The notes under the pieces were generated by a model. That model had not been told where the DNA came from. It saw nothing but the letters and a program-made list of their open reading frames with translations, and did no database searches. A program made the translations under genes and the position numbers. From Octopus bimaculoides (taxonomy: Eukaryota), in assembly GCF_001194135.2 (NCBI RefSeq), contig NC_068981.1:186530815-186594814 (forward strand): DNA of 64,000 nt, given 5' to 3'. Of the stretch, positions 49,855 through 61,180 are shown in pieces (position 1 is the first letter of the stretch; each line of letters starts with the position of its first letter).

Positions 49855-50296
49855 GTGAGGGAGCAGTGCATGGCATTAAAGTGACACTGGCGTAAAACAT
49901 ACGAAGCCGAGTATACCCATCACGACTACCCGATAAGGGTACACCAGGCACATGCATCACAACCATATGTACGTGGCATGGTAATCTCATATCCAGATGA
50001 ACAGCGCATGACGTTGCAGGTGGGGCCCAGTTAAAATTTTCTTCAGGTCGAGTATCCCATTCTGCTCAAAAGGTCTCTGAATAAGGGTTGTTTAAGAATG
50101 TTTCCAGAGGTGAATTATTCAAACTCGAAAGAATTCCTCTCAATATATGGCTATGATGCCCGCCACACCATACTGCTTGTGATCAGAGATGCACATATCG
50201 TCAGCCACTTAAGGACATGCTCAACTGGTTACGGTCAAACAACTGACAAGCAAACCTGTGGTATTGAGCAGAATATTTGATGCAGTCCGTCTTTTA
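49855..50296. mobile_element. Unclassified interspersed repeat E, copy 2 (inverted relative to copy 1, truncated)
   Basis: GCAGTGCATGGCATTAAAGTGACACTGG...GGGTACACCAGGCACATGCATCAC...GTGGTATTGAGCAGAATATTTG. Confidence 0.85.
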
Positions 50297-50559
50297 CTCT
50301 TAGACGATCTGAAATGTTTCCGAGAGGTAAGTGACACCGTGTATTGCTGCGATCCATCTACGCAAACGTGTCTGAAACCGGCCAACTTTCGGACATGTTG
50401 CGATGGTCGACCCTATCGAAGGCTTTTCACTGATCCAAATTTATCAGAGCCCAACCGATACCTTATTTTTACCCAGTCCTGATGTAACGCATGAGGTGAA
50501 GAACGTCTAATGCGAATTGGATTGCGTCTCCCACCAAACCATCTGAGGCAAATAATAAT

Positions 50560-50763
50560 AATCCTTCTACTTTAGGTACAAGGGCTGAGAGGAGGGGTAA
50601 GAGTAAGTCGACTCCAGGGTTCAACTCGTACTTCTTTTATCGACCCAAAACGATAGAAGGTGAAGCCGACCTTAGCTGTACTTGAACTCAGAACGTAAAC
50701 GACAGGCAAAATACCAGTAGCATTTTCTCTAGCATGCTAAAGATTTTTCCAGCTAACTGCTTA
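50560..50763 (-). mobile_element. SINE-B, degenerate, between (AAT)n tracts
   Basis: TTGAACTCAGAACGTAAACGAC...TAGCATGCTAAAGATTTTTCCAGCTAACTGCTTA. Confidence 0.7.
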
Positions 50764-50804
50764 AGATAATAATAATAATAACAATAATACTAATAATAAT
50801 AATG

Positions 50805-51036
50805 AGAAGAAGAAGAAGAAGAAGAAGAAGAAGAAGAAGAAGAAGAAGATTGTATCCTGATGCAATAAAGAATAAATTTTCCCTCACACAAAAGAAGAAG
50901 AAGAAGAAGAAGAAGAAGAAGAAGAAGAAGAAGAAGAAGAAGAAGAAGAAGAAGAAGAAGAAGAAGAAGAAGAAGAAGAAGAAGAAGAAGATTGTATCCT
51001 GATGCAATAAAGAATAAATTTTCCCTCACACAAAAG
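50805..51036. repeat. (GAA)n tracts with a duplicated 46-bp unique unit
   Basis: ATTGTATCCTGATGCAATAAAGAATAAATTTTCCCTCACACAAAAG at 50849-50894 and 50991-51036. Confidence 0.95.
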
Positions 51037-51746
51037 AGATATTATATTTAATGTGAGTTTGTTGAAACTGTACAAGACTTATAAATTATGTATCTTCTTG
51101 TCTGGTTTTCATTACGTGAGTTCTGCTGAAATGGCTTATGTTCTGCTTACCTATCACTCTTTCATTAGACTTCCTACTATCATTTGCATCTTCCAGACAA
51201 TTCCTTCATTTGTTATGATTTTGCTTGCTAAGTCAGTCAACATATTCCAACTATACATATTTTCTATACAACATTTTCTACCGCTTATGTACATTCTACT
51301 ACTTTCGAATGTATATAACGAGGTTTTTGTATAACCTTTTTAGGCTTTCAAGAAAAGTGTTAGACAAGCTAACTTATAAATCTGACTCTATATCTAACAC
51401 GATGATAGTCAGAAAAACAAGCCTCCACTCGATGTCTAAAAAATAGTGGTTAAGGCTCTCTCAAACCACATATGACTGATCTCTTCGATTAAAAAGCGAT
51501 GAAGTATTGAATAATGTTAGTCCTAGATACACGGCACCTTGCAAACAAAAATTGAATGGTCAGTGTCGAAATGCCTTGACCATTGGACTAAACAGCAATA
51601 AAAATATAGATGTAAATATGAGCCTTTGGATATTATTAAAAATGATACGATTATTACAGTGTCAATATTTTCAATCTATGGAATATATTTCGAACAATAA
51701 AAGCATCTTGAAGTTATGTTCGGTATTTCTCAAGGAATACAATATT

Positions 51747-51961
51747 CTTTCCTACTCTAGGCACAGGGCCCGAAATTTTTGGGGAGGGGGCCAGTCGATT
51801 AGATCGACCTCAGTGCGCCACTGGTACTTAATTTATCGACCCCGAAAGGATAAAAGGCAAAGCCGACCTCGGTGGAATTTGAACTCAGAACGTAACGGCA
51901 GACGAAATATCGCTAAGCATTTCGCCCGGCGTGCTAACGTCTCTGCCAGCTCGCCGCCTTA
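51747..51961 (-). mobile_element. SINE-B, full length, well preserved, with a 15-bp target-site duplication
   Basis: AAGGAATACAATATT (51732-51746) and AAGGGATACAATATT (51962-51976) flank the element. Confidence 0.92.
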
Positions 51962-52080
51962 AAGGGATACAATATTGCGAGATATGATCTCTGTGAGAAT
52001 ACATTAAACGAAAATAAGCACTAAAATACGTTTATCGTTGTACTAAGTTCCTTGATATTACTTTTGTGTATATCGCAGTT

Positions 52081-52294
52081 AAGGCGGCTAGCTGGCAGAA
52101 GCGCTACCGTACCGGAAAAAACGCTTTAACGACATATCGTCCGTCTTTACGCTTTAAGTTCAAATTCCGCGGTGATATACTTTGCCTTTTCTCTTTTGGG
52201 GGTCGATAAAATAAGCACTAGATTAGCACTGGGGTTGATATAGTCAACTTGCTCTCTCTCTCAAAATTGCTGGCTTTGTGCCAAAATTTGAACC
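52081..52294 (+). mobile_element. SINE-B, full length
   Basis: AAGGCGGCTAGCTGGCAGAAGCG...AGTTCAAATTCCGCGG...GGCTTTGTGCCAAAATTTGAACC. Confidence 0.85.
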
Positions 52295-53057
52295 AATATT
52301 TTGCATATCGCATTCATGGCTATATAACACCATACAAACCAACAACGAATAGAGGGAACCATTTTTATTAGTTTTTTTTTTTAATTCAAACAATCTCTAT
52401 CGTGGGTTGCAGTTTAATACAGATGTACTTCTACGGTTTCCATAAGCCTCTCAAATTAACTGAATTTTTAAAGAACTGTACAATGATAAACAAGATAAAG
52501 TTTGTTACCATGGTGATCAAACTATAAACTTCAACAAATAGTTTAAGGAGAAATGTACACGACTGTAAGCTTCGAGTATCCTTTGATATTTCGTATATTT
52601 AAACCTTTCCAACCTAATGTCAATACTGTTAACATTTGGTCAAAGAGGTCGAAATCAAAAGGAACTAATGTACTAACAAATCAACCGTGCCATCATTCGC
52701 GTTTAATTTCTCATGTTATCGTCTTCACATTCACTTAGAAATATATTCGACTTTATATTTCCGAAAGTGTTACACACATTCACGAGTTATTAAATCTAGC
52801 AATGTTAAGTTAGGTATTTATTCACTGGAAGAAGAATTTTGTCCATTGATAGGGTAAACGTACTTTCGAATATAAATACATATACACCAGTCGCTTTGCA
52901 ATTACCTGTCCTTTCTGATTCGTTAGTTATAATATAAACTGCGGCTACACGCCATTACTGAATGCTTTTTACTGTATCATCAATTTTCGATATTCTACAT
53001 AGAATGGCCATTGATTCCCAATTACTGGCAATAACATATTTGCTACAAACCATCACC

Positions 53058-53280
53058 TTTTATCTTTTACTTATTTCAATCATTGGACTGCGGCCATACT
53101 GGAAAACTGCCTTGAAAGTTATTTAGTGGGATAAATCGATCACCGGTATTTATTTTTTTTAATCTGGTACTTATTTAGTGAGTGTGTTTTGCCGAACCGC
53201 TTGTTTACGAGAACTTGAACAAGCCAAAACATGTTGTAAAAGCTAGAGAGGACAAACACAAAAACACACACATATACATA
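53058..53280 (-). mobile_element. SINE-A, 3' half, degenerate
   Basis: TTTTACTTATTTCAATCATTGGACTGCGGCCATACTGG...TTTTGCCGAACCGCT. Confidence 0.75.
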
Positions 53281-53379
53281 ATCAAATACCCAACGAACGG
53301 TGTGAAAAGTGAACGTGCTTTACTGGTAACTTACCAGACGATTCATTGTCTAATAAATATAAACATATATATATATTCT

Positions 53380-53581
53380 TTAATCCTTTTACTTCTTTCA
53401 GTCATTTGACTACGACCATGCTGGAGCACCACCTTTGGTCGAACAAATCAACACCAGGACTTGTTCTTCATAAGTCTAGTACTTATTCTATCGGGCTCTT
53501 TTGCCGAATCGCTAAGTTACGGGGGTGTAAACACACCAACGTCGATTGTCAAACGATAGTGGAGGGATAAATACAGGCAAG

Positions 53582-53616
<35 letters not shown>

Positions 53617-53778
53617 GACAGGATTCTTTCAGTTTCCGTCTACCAAATCCAGTCACGAGGTTTTGGTCGGCCCGAGGCGAAAGTAGAAGACACTTGTCCA
53701 AAGTGCGATGAAGTTGGACTGAATCCGAAACCATGTGGTCGGGAAGCAGGCTTCTTACCACACAGTCACTCCTGCACC
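53380..53778 (-). mobile_element. SINE-A, full length
   Basis: Both halves around (TA)n; head CTTACCACACAGTCACTCCTGCACC. Confidence 0.9.
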
Positions 53779-54191
53779 TATATATATATACAGTAATCAA
53801 TCGCCATATCGCGGTTCACCTATCGCGCTCTTAGTACATCGTGGATTTATCTGGCTAATATGTGTAAAGTTATATCACGGATTCTTCAGTATATCACGTG
53901 TTCCTGCGGCCGATGGGTATTTATATTTTGATTTATATTTTAATTATTTTGTGGCAAAATAAGAATTTTCACGCCTAAAAATTAATAAATTGATAAATAA
54001 CAATAGAGTATAGTACTGCGCTATATAACACATTAATTAAAATATATTAAAAGAAAATACGTAGTGTACCACAGATGAGAAAACAAAGAATTGCACAAAC
54101 TGTATGGACTCGGGATGCGAGTGGGTGGTGTTGTTTTGCATTTATAATTAAATATATACAAATTAGAAAAATAATTAGAAAACATTTATAA

Positions 54192-54347
54192 TACGCAGGA
54201 ATGGCTGTGTGGTATACATAGGCGCAGGAGTAGCTGTGTGGTAAATAGCTTGCTTACCAACGACATGGTTCCGGGTTCAGTCCCACTGCGCGGCATCTGG
54301 CATCTTGAGCAAGTGTCTTCTACTATAGTCTCGGGCCGACTATAGTA
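54192..54347 (+). mobile_element. SINE-A, 5' part with duplicated head
   Basis: ACGCAGGAATGGCTGTGTGGTA followed by GGCGCAGGAGTAGCTGTGTGGTA. Confidence 0.85.
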
Positions 54348-55244
54348 CATATATATATATATATATATATATANNNNNNNNNNNNNNNNNNNNNNNNNNN
54401 NNNNNNNNNNNNNNNNNNNNNNNNNNNNNNNNNNNNNNNNNNNNNNNNNNNNNNNNNNNNNNNNNNNNNNNNNNNNNNNNNNNNNNNNNNNNNNNNNNNN
54501 NNNNNNNNNNNNNNNNNNNNNNNNNNNNNNNNNNNNNNNNNNNNNNNNNNNNNNNNNNNNNNNNNNNNNNNNNNNNNNNNNNNNNNNNNNNNNNNNNNNN
54601 NNNNNNNNNNNNNNNNNNNNNNNNNNNNNNNNNNNNNNNNNNNNNNNNNNNNNNNNNNNNNNNNNNNNNNNNNNNNNNNNNNNNNNNNNNNNNNNNNNNN
54701 NNNNNNNNNNNNNNNNNNNNNNNNNNNNNNNNNNNNNNNNNNNNNNNNNNNNNNNNNNNNNNNNNNNNNNNNNNNNNNNNNNNNNNNNNNNNNNNNNNNN
54801 NNNNNNNNNNNNNNNNNNNNNNNNNNNNNNNNNNNNNNNNNNNNNNNNNNNNNNNNNNNNNNNNNNNNNNNNNNNNNNNNNNNNNNNNNNNNNNNNNNNN
54901 NNNNNNNNNNNNNNNNNNNNNNNNNNNNNNNNNNNNNNNNNNNNNNNNNNNNNNNNNNNNNNNNNNNNNNNNNNNNNNNNNNNNNNNNNNNNNNNNNNNN
55001 NNNNNNNNNNNNNNNNNNNNNNNNNNNNNNNNNNNNNNNNNNNNNNNNNNNNNNNNNNNNNNNNNNNNNNNNNNNNNNNNNNNNNNNNNNNNNNNNNNNN
55101 NNNNNNNNNNNNNNNNNNNNNNNNNNNNNNNNNNNNNNNNNNNNNNNNNNNNNNNNNNNNNNNNNNNNNNNNNNNNNNNNNNNNNNNNNNNNNTATATAT
55201 ATATATATACTTGTGTGTATGTAAGCACCTAGGCTGATATATAC

Positions 55245-55318
<74 letters not shown>

Positions 55319-55319
55319 G

Positions 55320-55380
<61 letters not shown>

Positions 55381-55382
55381 GC
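55245..55382. repeat. (GATA)n microsatellite
   Basis: Direct reading. Confidence 0.95.
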
Positions 55383-55923
55383 ATGCATCCATACATACAT
55401 ATAATCATATACAAATCTGAATGTGAAAGTAGGATAAAATAAGAATTTAAGAACCCTCTGGTTATTACTTCTCTGTGAGGTATTTAGAAGATATGTGAAT
55501 ATGTGCGTGTGTGTCTGTAATTGTGCGTATATATACACACGCTTATGTATGATTTGCAGTTACATATTAACTTTGCCATTGCATATTCACATAGTGGGTT
55601 TCATGTTGTTATTGTTTTGCTTGTTTTTTAACCATAACAACAATAATAGCAGCAGTAATATGTAATAATAATAATAATAAAAATAATAATAATGATAATG
55701 ATATTTCATACGTTCAACTTCAGTCCAATATCTCGTTTTCCTTCTTTGCATATTTTGTTACACACCTCCATATATCACTGTATCTCTTTTGCTCTCTAAC
55801 TCTCAAGTTGTATAGGTCTCTAGTTCTCTAGGTCTCTATCACTCAAGCTCCCCATATATTTGTCATTTATCTGTTGCACTATTCCAATATATTTCTCTCA
55901 CATTTTCTCTCTGTTCCTCTCTC

Positions 55924-55969
<46 letters not shown>

Positions 55970-56349
55970 NNNNNNNNNNNNNNNNNNNNNNNNNNNNNNN
56001 NNNNNNNNNNNNNNNNNNNNNNNNNNNNNNNNNNNNNNNNNNNNNNNNNNNNNNNNNNNNNNNNNNNNNNNNNNNNNNNNNNNNNNNNNNNNNNNNNNNN
56101 NNNNNNNNNNNNNNNNNNNNNNNNNNNNNNNNNNNNNNNNNNNNNNNNNNNNNNNNNNNNNNNNNNNNNNNNNNNNNNNNNNNNNNNNNNNNNNNNNNNN
56201 NNNNNNNNNNNNNNNNNNNNNNNNNNNNNNNNNNNNNNNNNNNNNNNNNNNNNNNNNNNNNNNNNNNNNNNNNNNNNNNNNNNNNNNNNNNNNNNNNNNN
56301 NNNNNNNNNNNNNNNNNNNNNNNNNNNNNNNNNNNNNNNNNNNNNNNNN

Positions 56350-56421
<72 letters not shown>

Positions 56422-56494
56422 CCTGACCAATCACGTATCTCTGTCTCTGTCGCTCTCTGTTAACATATCTCTCACCTTCTCTCATTATCCTTTA

Positions 56495-56559
<65 letters not shown>

Positions 56560-57649
56560 TCTCTCGATTTCTCTCCCTCTTATATCTTTATTTACTTTTT
56601 TCCTTCGAAAAATGAAAACTTATAACTAACTGCAGATCTTAATTAAGGAGATGACTAGAGGGTATATACTATTTTTACAGAGGAAAGACTTGTGAAGATA
56701 ACTTCTGCCGACTCATCAGGAACCATTGCAGGATGTTCTGCACACCACCCAGTCTTCCTCCAGCTGTTATCTCGAACCTTAATGCTTAAATTGCCATTAA
56801 CAACGACAACAACAACAACAGCAATACTTATGATAACGATTTCGATGTGTCATTCAAACCATCATCGTCAGTGTCATCGTCATCATCGTCATCATCAACA
56901 ACAACCACATCGAGATTAAGGTCGCCGCAACAAGACTATAAGTCTCTTAACAAATCTGCTTCTGTTGTCATAGTTTCCAGTGTCGTCTGGAAACGCAATC
57001 TATATATCTAGACCATGCTTGTGCGCACATACAGAGGCATACGCATGCGCTTGCGCATGCATGCACATACACACAGGCCCACACGCACGCGCGCCAGCAC
57101 ACAGACACAGACACACCAGCACGCACACACACATGCACGCACACGCACGCACCGTACGCACACAAATACTTTCAAACAGACAAGAAATATTTCAGGTATG
57201 AGGGCGAATTCTTCTAAGTTGATAAACAAGCTTAGAAAAGCCAAGCCTGTATTGGATTATGCACTTATTGGTTGTAAACCTCGAAGTGACTAAGGAACGT
57301 TAAGTTACAGAGAGATTACAAAAGAAAAGCAGACGGGATAAGCTTCACACAATTTGCAATGATAAAAATGATAAATCTCTATTAAGAATAAAAATAGGAA
57401 TACAAAATAGTTATCATGATCTATACGGCAGCCTGTCTCTCTCTTAAAATCTCATATTATCTCAGAATAGACAGATCTTTGTTCATATGAGTACGATTGA
57501 GTTTTTGCTTCGAAGAGATGAAATCGGGATATCTAGATGTGTGCAGTGCAGTTATGCCGCAATATTGTTAGCCTGAATACATTATATATCTATAATAAAA
57601 TATGTAATGCAATATACATTAATACATTATATTATATATATATATACAA

Positions 57650-58045
57650 GGCGCAGGAGTCGCTGTGTAGTAAGTAGCTTGCCTACCCACTACATGGTTC
57701 CGGGTTCAGTCCCACTGCGTGGCATCTTGGGCAAGTGTCTTCTACTATAGCCTCGGGCCGACCAAAGCCTTGTGAGTGAATTTGGTAGACGGAAACTGGA
57801 AGAAGCCCGTCGTATATATGTATATATATATATATGTATGTGTGTTTGTGTGTCTGTGTTTTTCCCCCTAACATCACTTGACAACCGATGCTGGTGCGTT
57901 TACGTCTCCGTAACTTAGCGGTTCGGCAAAAGAGACCGATAGAATAAGTACTAGGCTTCCAAAGAATAAGTCCTGGGGGTCGATTTACTCGACTAAAGGC
58001 GGTGCTCCAGCATGGCCGCAACAAGTAAAAGAGTAAAGAGAGAGA
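57650..58045 (+). mobile_element. SINE-A, full-length reference copy
   Basis: tRNA-like head (B-box GGTTCAGTCCC), CTTGGGCAAGT CORE-like motif, internal (TA)n(TG)n, 3' tail AAGTAAAAGAGTAAAG. Confidence 0.92.
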
Positions 58046-58188
58046 AACAGTATTGTTGGAAATGAGGATATTACTTTCAATATTCATTTCCTTTCGATTG
58101 TAATTATCAAATGTTTTCGCTAAAGAGGTACCATAGCCTTTTAGGGTTATGCGCGATGTTGCTGTTAGTCGTTGGAAATTATTATTAT

Positions 58189-58547
58189 GGTTTGGTTCAG
58201 CTTCGGTCTTATTCCTGGTAGGATTTATGTGGCTTCCGTGTTACTATCTGTAACCTTAGGTTTCTACAAGTTTTTAGCAGTCTTCCAAGTGCTTCTGATA
58301 ATCCTTGCTGTCCCTAAGAGCCAAACTTTCTGTAGGAGCTCTACTGAACATTCTCTTTCAATCTCTCCAGTCATTTGTCGATATTTTTGCTTACTGTCCC
58401 CAACGCACCAATTATTATAGACACGACCTTTACTGTTCGCATGTTCCATATTATTCCTATTTCAAATTTGAAGGGATTGTATCTTTTTATGATCCTGGAA
58501 TCAAACAGGCATGATGGATCAATAAGTAAACAATTTCCCATTTCCTT
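58189..58547 (-). mobile_element. R4/Dong-like non-LTR retrotransposon 3' fragment (restriction-like endonuclease region) inside (TAA)n
   Basis: IDPSCLFDSRI..Y..FKFEI..IWNMRTVKVVSIIIGALGTVSKN..K*L..L, frameshift, ELLQKVWLLGTARIIR; (ATT)n on both sides. Confidence 0.8.
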
Positions 58548-58548
58548 A

Positions 58549-58597
<49 letters not shown>

Positions 58598-58627
58598 GTT
58601 ATTATTATTATTGTTGTTGTTGTTGTT
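58549..58627. repeat. (TTA)n/(TTG)n microsatellite
   Basis: Direct reading. Confidence 0.95.
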
Positions 58628-58840
58628 AAGGCGGCGAGCTGGCAGAATCGGTAGCACGCTGGACGGAGTGCTTAGCGGTATTTCGCCCATCGCTACGTTC
58701 CGAGTTCAAATTCCGCCGAGGTCGACTTTGCCTTTCGTCCTTTCGGGGTCTATAAATTAAATACCAGTGAAACACTGGGGTCGATGTAATCGATTTAATT
58801 CCCCACCTCCAAGCTGCCCTTATGACAAAAATTTGAAACC
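58628..58840 (+). mobile_element. SINE-B, full length, between TTG/ATT repeats
   Basis: AAGGCGGCGAGCTGGCAGAATCGG...GAGTTCAAATTCCGCCGAGGTCGACTTTGCC...GAAACC then ATTATTATC. Confidence 0.9.
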
Positions 58841-59020
58841 ATTATTATCATTATTGTTGTTGTTACTACTTATACTACTAATACAACTATTATTATTATT
58901 GTTGTTTTTGTTATAATCAGAGAGATATTGTAAACACGATGTAATTTTTTATTCCTTTAAACAAAATCTGGAATTCTTCATCATATAAAGAACGTCTTTT
59001 ACTCTCTTTTTTCTTTTCAG

Positions 59021-59159
59021 GATTCAAAACCGAACCTATATCTTGAAAAACAACTAAAAAGACAAGATATTAGAAGTGCAAAAACAGGGTTAAAAAAAAG
59101 CTGCTGTATCCTTCAGAAAAACTGAAGAGTGGACATGACCAAGAGATCGCAAACAACAG
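59021..59159 (+). other. Candidate exon (139 nt), possibly 5' UTR with start codon at 59135 (MTKRSQTT...)
   Basis: Long polypyrimidine acceptor CTTTTACTCTCTTTTTTCTTTTCAG and consensus donor CAG|GTAAGT; stops in all frames upstream of GACATGA. Confidence 0.5.
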
Positions 59160-59804
59160 GTAAGTTGAATATTTATTTGCTGCAGACTTACTAAACGAAA
59201 CAGATGATCGTCAATATACAGACACACCTTTTAACTAACTGCCCCTGTTGAGTAACGTTACTCCAGATATCTTTTGGAGGAATCCATTTCGGCATTATCA
59301 TGCATTTGATCGTATTTCGTGTTTATCTTAATGAAACAGCTGTTGAGCACAAAGTATTAACTATATATGAAATTAATGCATTTTGGCTGCCCTTAAAGTC
59401 ATTTTAGCCGATTATGTATATACATGCATGTCGTCCCCATGTAATGTAAATAAAATTCTGGCGTTTAACGAATTGATGTCAATTGAACTCTTAATGACTG
59501 TGATTTTCTTTATTGTACATCAATTCTGTATATAGATAGATAGATATACAACTAGAGAGAGAAAAAATACATTTATGCAAGAGTGTGTGTGTGTGTGTGC
59601 GTGTGTACGTGTGTGTAATGTGTGCGTGTGAAAAAGATAAAGTGAGCGAGCGTATTTCACAATGAATTGATATGCAAAAACTAATCTCATAATAATATTT
59701 ACCCGGAAGCGAGTATGCTGATACCTACATTGTTCTTGCATTGTGGTTGTGTAATAGATAGAACAAGTCAGAGATTGAGTAATTCAGTTATTCCACCGCT
59801 CTCT

Positions 59805-59806
59805 GT

Positions 59807-59896
<90 letters not shown>
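59805..59896. repeat. (TG)n microsatellite
   Basis: Direct reading. Confidence 0.95.
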
Positions 59897-60239
59897 ATTT
59901 GTGTATATATGAAGATAATTCGCCGCTAACATCTTTATAACGTTTATAATAACTTTCAAACTTAACTGTTTCATAAAATTTAAACTCAGCAAATGATTCC
60001 TTCTGCTGCATTTGTTCGTTTTGATTAATTCCAAGTGACTGTTGTGATAATATGCAAGTTCGCAGAAGTTTCTTTTTAAGAAATATATTTTCGTCTGCAT
60101 ATATTCCACTTAGTCTACATTTGTAGCAATAAGATAAGACATTTTTTGTCACTTCAGAAAAAAAAGTTACGTTTTTCAATTGACGTTTTATATATAGATA
60201 CACACACATTCTCATACACACGCACTCAAATACACACAC

Positions 60240-60272
<33 letters not shown>

Positions 60273-60464
60273 GAACACATACACACATATCAAACAGAAG
60301 ATTTTGAAATGTCTACATCAAACGATATGAAAATAATCTCCCGCTATAGTTTGATATATAGGTACGTGTCTGTATCCTCATATATAATGTTTGTTAGTGT
60401 ATGTCTGTGACTACGTCTGTGTGGGGGGGGGGGTGTCTAGACGCACTCATGTTTGCGTACTCAC

Positions 60465-60538
60465 CTGATTTATGTCTATCTGTGTCTTACACTCTGCCAA
60501 AAAATACTAGCCTCCTAGGTCATATCACCGATTCGACT
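60465..60538 (-). other. Candidate 74-nt non-coding exon
   Basis: Acceptor GTTTTCTTCATGCAG and donor CAG|GTGAGT; stops in all frames. Confidence 0.25.
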
Positions 60539-60771
60539 CTGCATGAAGAAAACCTGGTAATTTTTGGAAGCTATTAAGAGGCCAGACATCTATAGCATTT
60601 CCAAGACTGAATACGTCGCATTTCTATTAAAACATCTCTGAGTTAGAAACTTCTTCAGCAGGTGAGCGTGACCAAACAATAAGTGTACCCCACACAGGCA
60701 TAAAAACACACACACACACCCATATATATATGTGTGTGTGTGTGTGTATGTATATATATATATATATATAT

Positions 60772-61180
60772 GCACACCGTGGCTGTGTATTAATAAGTTT
60801 GCTTCCCAACCTCATACTTCCGGGTTCAGTCCCATTGTGTGGCATCTTAGGCAAGTGTTCTGTTATAGTCGTGGGCTGGACCAATGCCTTGTGAATGGAT
60901 TTGGTAGACGGAAACTGAAGGAAGCCTTTCATATATATGTGTATACGTGTCTGTGTGTCTTTATGTCTGTGTTTATCCCGCACCAGTGCTTGACAACCGG
61001 CGCTGGTGTGTTTATGTCCCCATGACTTAGCGGTTCGGGAAAAGTAGCCCGATAGAGAAAGTAGCAGGCTAAATATAAAAATGAGCACTGATATCGATTC
61101 GTTAGATTTAAAATCCTTCAAGGCGGTGCCCCAGCATGGCCGCAGTCTAATGACTGAAACAAGCTAATGATAAAAGATAA
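60772..61180 (+). mobile_element. SINE-A, full length, degenerate
   Basis: CCGGGTTCAGTCCCATTG...GGTAGACGGAAACTGAAG...GGCGGTGCCCCAGCATGGCCGCAGTCTAATGACTGAAAC. Confidence 0.88.

Noticed and set aside
50753-51075. Poly-F, L, S, K and R ORFs
   Set aside because: They are translations of (GAA)n tracts.
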